In this document: piece by piece, positions 54,318 to 64,000 of the stretch
How the letters are laid out: the number at the start of each line of letters is the position of its first letter
Numbering within the stretch: the first letter of the stretch is position 1
Assembly (NCBI RefSeq): GCF_006345805.1
Contig: NC_043008.1
Span: forward strand, 41,292,001-41,356,000
Length of the DNA: 64,000 nt
Reading direction: 5' to 3'
Source of the DNA: Octopus sinensis
Taxonomy: Eukaryota
Position numbers and translations under genes: made by a program
Notes under the pieces: model-generated
The model's database searches: none
Told to the model about the DNA's origin: nothing
What the model saw: the letters and a program-made list of their open reading frames with translations, nothing else

Positions 54318-54382
54318 TCCGAAAACTCCGGGTTTCGGATGCCGCGGTGGAAAACCACGTCGCCATCTCTTCAGTTATCCGG
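54318..54382 (-). ncRNA. Slightly degenerate type I hammerhead motif with long GC-rich stem II
   Basis: Reverse complement ccggataa-CTGAAGA-GATG GCG ac GTGG tttt CCAC CGC gg CATC c-GAAA-CCCGGAG-TT-ttcgg; stem III is one base short of the palindrome ACTCCGGAGT. Confidence 0.55.
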
Positions 54383-54647
54383 CCTATCATTTTTATCAAT
54401 GTGTGTGTGTGCGTGTCTGTGTTTATATGTGTGTGTGTGTGTGTGTGCAAACTAATGCGCGGACCTATTTATTAATGGATTCGTGAATGTGTGTATTTAC
54501 GGAAGCAGGGGAAATGTTTGCCGTATATACTTATTTTATTTTCAGTTGAAACATTTTCAGCAGTAACTGCAAGATTCACATTGTTATCATTTGACCAGCA
54601 TGAGATTTAACGTGATACTTGCATTTCCGAACGATAATAATATTCTT

Positions 54648-55070
54648 TTCTACTCTAGGCACAAGGCCCGAAATTTTGGGGAAGGGGGATTCGATTTTAT
54701 TGACCTCAGTACGCAACTGGTACTCAATTTATCGACACTGAAAGGATGAAAGACAAAGTTGACCTCGGAATTTGAACTCAGAACATAAAGACAGACGAAA
54801 TACCTATTTATTTACTACCCACAAGGGATTAATCACAGAGAGGACAAACAAGGACAGACAAACAGATTAAGTCGATTATATCGACCCCAGTGCGTAACTG
54901 GTATTTATTTAATCGACCCCGAAAGGATAAAAGAAAAAGTCGACCTCGGTGGAATTTGAACTCAGAACGTAAAGACAGATGAAATACCTATTTCTTTACT
55001 ACCCACAAGTGGCTAAACACAGGGGGGACAAACAAGGACAAACAAACGGATTAAGTCGATTATATTGACT
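54648..55070 (-). mobile_element. Tandem head-truncated OK-like SINE units
   Basis: Same tail-to-GTATTTC junction as 5810-6180, at ~54796-54826 and ~54979-55010. Confidence 0.85.
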
Positions 55071-55311
55071 GGGAACAGTGAGCAAAAATCTCGATATGTA
55101 CGTGGAACAAATAGGGGCTGCAATAAGGGTGGAACACTTACAGAAAACAGCACTGCTTGGAACTGCCCGAATACTCCGGAAGGTGCACGAAAAATAAGAG
55201 GTGTTACCTTAGTTCACTGGTAGTGAGCAGCTGACACCTCAGTACATCTCCAGCGTTAGAAGCTGTGCGGAGGCAATAATAATAATGATAATAATGATGA
55301 TGATAATAATA

Positions 55312-55335
<24 letters not shown>
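55071..55335 (+). mobile_element. R4/Dong-like LINE 3' end with (AAT)n tail
   Basis: GTVSKNLDMYVEQIGAAIRVEHLQKTALLGTARILRKVHEK* (cf. LQKxALLGTARILRKVL), short 3' UTR, (AAT)n. Confidence 0.8.
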
Positions 55336-55354
<19 letters not shown>

Positions 55355-55652
55355 CCTTCCTGAATCCTGCTTTTCCTCACCATCTTTAATGTTTGCTTTC
55401 TTCGAAGCAAATTTTCGAAGTAATTTGAAAACAGAAAAGGTTTGTATCACCGACAAAATGCATCTTTACTTAATAAAGTCCAGTCCCCTACCCCCAAAAC
55501 ACAGCTGGCTTGCAAAACAGTTTATCAAAATACAATATTGAAGCTTTTAAATCTAGTGAATTAAACAGAAGCTTACAGCACTCCAAAAACATACCTCAAG
55601 CAAGGTGATAACAACAACAATAATAATAATAATAATAATGATTATAATAATA

Positions 55653-55692
<40 letters not shown>

Positions 55693-55783
55693 TATAATAA
55701 CAACAACAACAATAATAATGATGATGATAATAATAATAATAATAATAATCATAATAATAATAATAATAATAATATTAATAATA

Positions 55784-55828
<45 letters not shown>

Positions 55829-55829
<1 letters not shown>

Positions 55830-56150
55830 GTGGGGGGCATCATAGTCATGTGTTGAGAGGGATTCTTTGGGGTTTGAATAATTCACCTCTGGAAACATAG
55901 GTGTTTCGTTCAACATATTTAAACAACGCTTATTCAGGGACCTTTTGAGCGGGATGGGTTACTCGACCAGAAGAACATTCTAACCGGGCCCCACCTGCAA
56001 GGTCATGTGCTGTTTATCTTGATATGACAGCACCATGTCGCGCACATATGGTTGTGAGGCATGTGGCTAGTCTACCCTTATTAGACGGTAGTCATGATGG
56101 GTATCTTGGGCTTCGTATATTTTACCCCAGTGTCACAGCTCTCACACTTA
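55829..56150. mobile_element. GC-richer ~320-bp insert embedded between (AAT)n tracts, unclassified repeat-like
   Basis: Composition break and AAT flanks; single copy in the window, family not established. Confidence 0.4.
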
Positions 56151-57481
56151 ATAATAATAAATATTTTACTATAGGTGCAATGCCTGCACTTTAAAAAGTT
56201 AAAGCGGTGATAGTCGATTGCATCGATTGAGTACTTCACTGATAATCTCTAATAATTTTATGTGTTCGTAACTGTTGGAAATACAATCTTCTTTTAAGTT
56301 GAACTCACAACCGGTATCCGTCTAAATCGATTTATCAACCAAAATGCCGTTGGTCATTTAGAGAATTTGTTTAATTTATGTGATATAAGCTGTAATAAAC
56401 ACCAGCAATAAAAAAAAACGTTTTGCTGAATAGAATCATATTTATATAAAAAATATAAACACTAATTCGAAAAAATATAAATAAATCATATATTATAATA
56501 AATTCCAAATTCGCTAGAATCATGAAAACATAACTATTGCTTATGAATTTCTATCGTTTTCTTTTTCTTATCATACTTTCAGTCTCGTGAGTATGAATAT
56601 GTTGTTATGGAAAATAAAGTAATGTGTAAAAAAAAAGTCTTTGTAAACAAAAACTAAACCTCTCTAAAGTATATTTTGAAGAGAAATTGTAATATTAAAA
56701 TGTTAGATGCTTAGTGGATTTTTTCTTCCATTCATGAAGTTATCACACACAAAAATATGATTTTAAAACATCTTTTTCTTTTATTTAACACAACATGGGG
56801 AAGAATGAAATATATTCTGACCTTCTATTTAGCTTTGTATTTATATTTTCTATAAAATTTTAGTAGTTATTTGGAAGAGTAGAAAAGTTTGGTTTAATAT
56901 TTAGTTAAAATATCTCACTCATAGTCCATGAATACTGATATATTTTAACAGAGAATATGTCTGCAACTATTCATTATAGATATATTGTTTGGACTTTTCG
57001 AGGAATTTTGTATAGAAAATCTACCTGTTGATGGCTTTTAATAAACGATTCACTCTACAAGGAAATATTGTTGTAAAGTTTTGATCTCCTGCAGTAAAGT
57101 GTATTGTCGGTGGCTGGGCATGGAAGCCTTCACCTTTATGTCAATTATCACAAGAGTGCGAAATATACGAGACAGCATTAGTCAATATTCTCTAGTCAAT
57201 CCGCTACCTATCGACGCATTGTAATATACTGTCATAATGCAGAATTAATTTTAATACAAAAATACAATGGAAAATGCATTCAATAAAAACAAAATAACAC
57301 ACACAAACACACAAACACACATACATACACACACATATATATATATAAATTTACTTGGAGAAGAGAAACAACACGTGCGTTGGGTCATATAATAACAATA
57401 TAATAAATAAATAAAACATATGCATATATACATACATATATGTACATACATCTATATGTATATATACATGCATATATATAT

Positions 57482-57687
57482 ATATTGTTATATTTCGGAA
57501 TGGTCATATTGCCAGTTTAGCCAATAAAAACACACGCACTATATATTTGGTGTTATTTTGTTTCAGTGTTATTTATTTTTTACATTAATCTTAATCTTAT
57601 TTCGGCCAAAATAACACCAAATATATAGTGTGTGTGTGTTTTTATTGGCTAAACTGGCAATATGACCATTGCGAAATATAACAATAT
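57482..57687. repeat. Near-perfect inverted repeat, ~80-bp arms (57482-57560 / 57607-57687), 46-nt spacer
   Basis: Arms differ only by about 2 substitutions and CA-tract length. Confidence 0.92.
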
Positions 57688-57808
57688 CTGTTTCAACACA
57701 CGACTTCACATAAAAATATTTAAACGTACATATATATATATATATATAAATTCAATTTATTCCTCATTTGAGATACAACTCATTCTGTAATTGGAAAATC
57801 AATTCTGA

Positions 57809-57810
<2 letters not shown>

Positions 57811-57905
<95 letters not shown>

Positions 57906-57970
57906 ACAATAATAATCATAATAATTATAATAATTATAATAATAATAATAATAACTAGCTGGAATCGTGA

Positions 57971-58000
<30 letters not shown>
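57811..58000. repeat. (AAT)n-(ATT)n-(AAT)n array, self-complementary
   Basis: Orientation switch near 57846. Confidence 0.9.
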
Positions 58001-58008
<8 letters not shown>

Positions 58009-58589
58009 TAACTAGCTGGACCTATGAAATATTCACAGAAAACAATTTCTGTTACACAAACATAAATTGAATTACTAATTAACCTTAAAATATATCGTAC
58101 ATATTCAAAGAATCTTAATGTACAAATTGAAATGCAGCAGAACGAAATAATAAATGGATTTATAAATGAAAATTTGGTAATTGAGTTGTTTTCCACCACG
58201 TTTTAACTAGCCTAAACTATACACACACACACAAATACATTCATATATATATGTCTCGAGTTTTAGCTATAATTTAAAGGGTCCAGCTTTGTTATGTATG
58301 CAGTTTGTGACTTAATTTTATTCTCGTGTGGTAATGAAAAGTGAAATTGTCATCCAATTTTTGCTGTGTCTATGTATCTATGTATGAATGTTTTACGTAC
58401 CTACTGTCTCTCTCACTTTCTCTCTTTCTCTTTCACTTCCTTTGTGTCTTTCTCTCCCGCTTTTGATTTAATAATGTGTATATGTATCTATGTATCACCA
58501 TTTCCATCAAATGGTACTTCCCCATTTCCTAACTGGAGAAGCGAGGTTGAAGACTGTTTTGCACATTGGTCCCCATGTAATAAAGTTCG

Positions 58590-59065
58590 CAGGAGAGTTT
58601 CAGTACTTTATTCCATTGGTGTGAAGACCTAATGCATGCTTTTATTTCATCACATCTTGTTCGTCTAGGAATGACAGTTAATGTCTGTCTGAAATTTCCT
58701 GTTGAAACTAATGTAACTCCTTCTATATATGTATTGTTACCTCTGATGTCCTGTAAGGCCTTACCAAGAGTTTCTATTGCACCCTTATGTGATATGGTGC
58801 ATTCATCCCAAATGATAACGTAACATAGGCACAACACTTCTGCTGAACCTCAATCTTTGTTACAAATTGAACTGACATTTGTGACCAGGTTTACAAGTAA
58901 TTTCAAAGCAGAATGATCTGCTCATCCTCCCGGAAGAATGGAGCGGAAAGCCAGAGAATGGTACAGGAAACTGCAATTCTTCTTTAGAGAGAAGCAATAC
59001 TACAAATGATTTACCTGTGCCACGAGGAGCATCAAGAAAGAAAATTCCTCTGTTTTTTTTGGCGA
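58590..59065 (-). mobile_element. Helitron PIF1-family helicase remnant
   Basis: GIFFLDAPRGTGKSF (Walker A; cf. FLDAPGGTGKTF), IIWDECTISHKGAIETLGKALQDIRGNN..GNFRQTLTVIPRRTRCDEIKACIRSS. Confidence 0.9.
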
Positions 59066-59638
59066 TTGTAGAACGCCGCACACATGCATGCACACACAAA
59101 CACACACACTACACACAGATACATATGCAAACATTATCAAACATGAGATGAAATAGATGAGTGGATGTGGGTGGGTGTGGGTGTATGTGTGTGAATGTGT
59201 GAGAGAGCGAGTGAAGGGTTGTGTTGTCATGTATACTTAAATAAATAATCATACATCCTTATTTTGTGTGTAAGAGAGAAAGAGAAAGAGAGGGAGAACC
59301 ACTTAGACATCACTCTCTCACACACACAACCGCACACATGCATACAAAAAAGATGTATACATATGTATTTATGTATGTACGTATACATGACAACACACAC
59401 CTTCACCCACTCACACACACGTACACACGTACATAAAGGTATTCAAACGTACATACAAAAACACACGTGCGCGTGTGTGAATGACTACAAATACATAGAG
59501 TTGAACCCGGTGTACAAAAAGAAAGTAAATAACATTTTTACGGAAATTTACGAAATGCCCATATGTTTTGGACGTTTATGTTGAATTGCAAAAAATTTAA
59601 TGTGATATCTGTGTAATACCGAAATCATTTCTGGAGTA

Positions 59639-59702
<64 letters not shown>

Positions 59703-60099
59703 GGAGAAAGATAATATTGCAAACAATGAGATAAACATGGAATGAAAAAATCGTATAAAAAAAAGCACGAATATTTAAATTTGTGAATTTAGTAAATATT
59801 GGTTTCAATAATTTATCGTAATTCTTAACAAATGGTGAATTAAAACTTGAAATGAAAACATAGAAATAAGACCATTAAAACAGAGTGAGATACTTCGGTG
59901 TTTTTCTGTCAATACCGGAAGTTGACATTGAGAAACCTGTTTAAAGTGGATCAGAAATATCAAGCAATAATTTTCTTAAAAAATCAAAAAACAAAAGCCT
60001 ATCATATGTCCGCGGTCAAATTATTCATGCATCACAACTATGGAATTGGTGAAGCCGTTTTCACGCGCAAAACGAAGACACACACACACTCTCTATTTT

Positions 60100-60161
<62 letters not shown>

Positions 60162-60191
60162 ATATATTTATATATATATATAAATGTTATG

Positions 60192-60223
<32 letters not shown>

Positions 60224-60255
60224 GATAATTATTTATATATATGATATAAATGTTA

Positions 60256-60295
<40 letters not shown>

Positions 60296-60360
60296 ATCAT
60301 ATACATCTATATATATATATATATACACATAACATTTATATCATATAATAAATATATATC

Positions 60361-60391
<31 letters not shown>

Positions 60392-60416
60392 CATTTATAT
60401 TATATATATAATATAT

Positions 60417-60459
<43 letters not shown>

Positions 60460-62029
60460 CACCCTAACACACTCAACATCTGAATCAAAAAGAATTCATT
60501 TTACTTGCATTAATTTTTCACTCGCTCTTGTATATATGTTTGTCTGTGTATGTATGCAAATGTTTATATATTTATATGTAAATGTATTTACCTATGAATG
60601 CCTGCAATATGACGCGTACAAAGTTAACAGGTATATTCCAACTATTTTAACAAACCACAAACGACAATTATCTAAATATTGAACTCCTGCAGTGTAAAGA
60701 ACTAATGCAAACATAATTGGCAAACGCATAAGCACTTGAAAGACATGGAAATATGTATGAACCATGCTATGACAATAAACAACGTATAAAGGCACATTTA
60801 TATGAAAACGTGCATACTTGCACACGCTTGAGCATATTTCCCTATGTGAGTTATATATATGATATTATACATTTATTTGTGAGTGTGTATATATGTGTAT
60901 ATATGTAGGTAAATGTATATATATATTTATGTGTCTGTGTGTGCGCACGCGTGGGTGTATACACGCGGGTACACGTACACGCACGCGCACAGTTGGTTAT
61001 GTTCTTGATGCAACTAATATTAAATTCGCTTCGCAGACTGGAGAAAGTTTGCGAAGTTACTGATAAAAAAGGTGTTTATCAGAATCTGTTCAAAATATTG
61101 ATTGTCTTTGCCACGGTGAGGTATTTTTTAAACAGGATAAACTTTTCATTTGGGCTCGATTGTTTGATCATTAAATTGTTTTATTGATATTTATTTTTTT
61201 TTTTGCATTTAGGAATTATGATTTCTTTTTTTTATGAATCTAATTCTTTGGCTACCATACAGTACTTTCATACACAGCATTGATGGATGGATATAGACTA
61301 TCCGTATTCCTTCATTGATCCGTCGATGTGGAAACTTTCAATATATATCTTTCTTTCATATGTCATATCTACTTGGCGAAGACTGTGGAATATCTGTTTC
61401 CCTAATCACTGACGATCGCTTTATGAGAGAGGGGGAATAGTGTTTAAGGTAGCCGTCTCATATTCATGAGATTGTGTCATTTCCAGACCACTCGCTCGAG
61501 ATTTACCTTCGCTTCTTAAATAAATTGTTTCATAGTCCAGTTTATATTGGCAGGGTGGATTTCAGTTTTCCTACTGGTGATGGTATATGCAATTTCCATT
61601 TTGTAAAATGCGCAAGTTTTATTCTAGCAAATATTTCCGACACTTTTATGATGGGGCAATAACTCTCCAGACAGCACATCAAATATTAGTAACTGTATTC
61701 CGTCTTGCTCGTTAACACAAATTGATTTACGCTTATATATTCGACATAATAGCCATTAGTATTATATTTCTTATATATATATATATTGTTATTTATATCT
61801 AATTTGTTTAATTTGTTATGACACTATGTCGTCAACGTTGTATGTGCTAATCAGTTAAAAAGTTGTTATTCTTTAGCTCTTTGTTTAAAATTCCGTATAT
61901 ATAACATCATTTTTGAAAGATTTATTTTTCCTTCCTTTTTCGCACACTTACTGGTCGACGAGCCATTTTCCTCTTCTATCCATTCATAGTCGCCAAGTCG
62001 ATGCAAGTAGGTAACAAGGGTACCTCAAC

Positions 62030-62300
62030 TCATTTGGTGTTGTCCTGCAACATCTGCTGCTCTAGAACAAGAGTTATTTTCAACAATTCTCTTAACAGCG
62101 CAACGGCTCCTGTCAAGAGGCCAAGGTTGGCCTGAGCTGGAATGTGTTAAATCCTTTTCTTTGCTGGGAAATTTGTACAATAGCTCCGTCGACTACGGTA
62201 ACAATCTGACACTGGCTAAATCCACTCTGAGGGTGACTTACAATATGCTCTCTTTAAGTACCAAAAAATACTTCTGCAACTGTTGTTCCCAGCATGGATA
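62030..62300 (-). mobile_element. Possible Tc1-type transposase DNA-binding remnant
   Basis: SGQPWPLDRSRCAVKRIVENNSCSRAADVA resembles SGRPRKL..R.LVRIV..N...TAAEIA; stops upstream. Confidence 0.4.
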
Positions 62301-62507
62301 GTTTCTATCAGTAATCAATATACTGTAACCTAAATTGAAAAACGATAATACGTGAAACAGGTTTCAGGCACCAAAGTTTGCATTTTTATTTTTATCTTGC
62401 GTCACAATGGATAAAGCGTGTGACAACGAATCACAAGGTTCCGGGTTCCACTACCGGCAAGACAGAGGCGAATGTGTTTTGATATAGTTTCATATGTACA
62501 AGACTTA

Positions 62508-62910
62508 TAGGAGTGGCTCCGTGGTAAGAAGTTTGCTTCCCAGCCACGTGGTTTCGGGTTCAGCTAGCTTCGTGGCACCTTGAACAAGTGTCTTCTAATA
62601 TAGACGTCGTCCACCAAAAGCCACGTGAGTGGGTTTGTTTGGCCGGAATTGAAAATAGCTCATCATGTGTACGTGTATGTGTGTGTGTGCGTGCGCTCGA
62701 GTAAGAGAGAGAGAGAGAGAAAGAGAGAGTGTTGCGTGTTTGCGTTTGTGTGTGGGTATGTATGCGCGTGTGTTTGCTTGTCTCATCATAACAACCGGCA
62801 GTCTTGCAAAACGAGATCGATAATCGATATGGTAATTACCGGCTTCGATTTTTTTCGACTAAACCTTACAAGGTGATGCCTAAGCATTGCCGCAGCCCAA
62901 TGACTGAAAA
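62508..62910 (+). mobile_element. OR2-like composite SINE, old diverged copy
   Basis: TAGGAGTGGCTCCGTGGTAAG, GGGTTCAG, GTGGCACCTTGAACAAGTGTCTTCTA, GCAGCCCAATGACTGAAAAC. Confidence 0.8.
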
Positions 62911-62940
62911 CAGTTAAAGATAATACATATATATATACAT

Positions 62941-62974
<34 letters not shown>

Positions 62975-63676
62975 CATATGTATATATATATATATATATA
63001 TATGTGTCATATATGTATATATGTATGTGTGTAGATGTGTGTGTGTGCGTATGTATATATTTAAAGCATTATTCCTTTGGGACTTGCTGTTTTACCAACT
63101 CATATTTCATTATTCTATTTATCAAATAATGTTTGTTCTCTTCAATTCAATTGCAAACATTTACTCATTTCATTTCTTTGTTCTCTGTTCTATCATATAT
63201 ATATTCGTGTATTGACTTTAATATTTAAAGCCCAACGGGAGAATATGGGGGAGTGGCGGTTGAAGTGGACTTGTGAATGTTTTGAATATTGGTAATGCAG
63301 AAACTGTTATTTGCAACGTTTTGCGTCTAAGCCTAAGATAGTCATCGCTCTAATGTCAAAATACATATAAATATAAGTAAATAGCGATGAATACCAAAAA
63401 TATAAGAACTTCGGTAATATTGGGAATTTAGGCAGTGGTTCGTAATCTACTGGCACCGAAATCAAATATTTCAAATAGTCTTCAACTGACAAGGGGCAGC
63501 TACGTCAGTCTATTTTGCTTTTGATTTATAAAAACATTAATTCTTCGACAATTTTCTTCGGATAGTAGAATTACGGAACTCTAAATAACTGCGCTCATTT
63601 TCTCCAACTCAACATGTCTAAGTCACCGGTGAGAGACTGATGTTGTTAGTTTCTTTCATTTTCCCTCGGTGTACCT

Positions 63677-63739
<63 letters not shown>

Positions 63740-64000
63740 TATATATATTATATAGTTGTGTATGTCTCTCTGTGTGTGTGTGTGTAACACAAGGCATAAG
63801 TTATGGTCATTTCTCTTTATTGGGGTAAATTTTCCTTACAGCTGTTTGCCGTACACCTTATATGTTCGTTATTGATAGGTGTATTCAATCGGCCCATTGA
63901 TCAATAGCGAACTTAAAATGACCACTGACAACATCCGTAAGTCAAATTTACTACAGCAGAGAAAAGATATGCAAAAACCATCATTTACGCCTTGGTTTGT

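Noticed and set aside
61037-61115. Exon-like segment (cag|...acg|gtgagg; LEKVCEVTDKKGVYQNLFKILIVFAT)
   Set aside because: No recognisable homology or partner exons; also resembles a decayed hAT C-terminal fragment
62011-62297. 95-codon stop-free frame on +
   Set aside because: No start or splice support; better explained as the antisense of a Tc1-like remnant

Overview
AT-rich, microsatellite-dense eukaryotic non-coding DNA, most likely from an octopus (coleoid cephalopod) genome. This is inferred from the tRNA-derived SINE families, which resemble the octopus OK/OR1/OR2 types, and from the TA/CA/TACA/GATA/AAT repeat load. No intact protein-coding gene is supportable; almost all ORFs in the supplied track are microsatellite translations. 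The window is a graveyard of transposable elements: about 20 SINE copies from at least 4 families, plus decayed remnants of Tx1/L1, Penelope-like (RT+GIY-YIG), RTE (x2), CR1, R4/Dong (x2), hAT, Tc1/mariner (x3 loci) and a Helitron helicase, and several foldback hairpins. The main hidden signal is about 8 minimal hammerhead-ribozyme (HHR) motifs of the Penelope-associated, palindromic-stem-III (dimer-cleaving) type, in several unrelated sequence contexts. These include (i) a head-to-head inverted HHR pair forming a ~290-bp foldback, (ii) an HHR inside a tRNA-B-box/(AAT)n element with a 14-bp TSD and an apparent twin-priming inversion, and (iii) an HHR whose stems II and III are both self-complementary. 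All motif matching, translation and identity estimates were done by eye and need computational confirmation.
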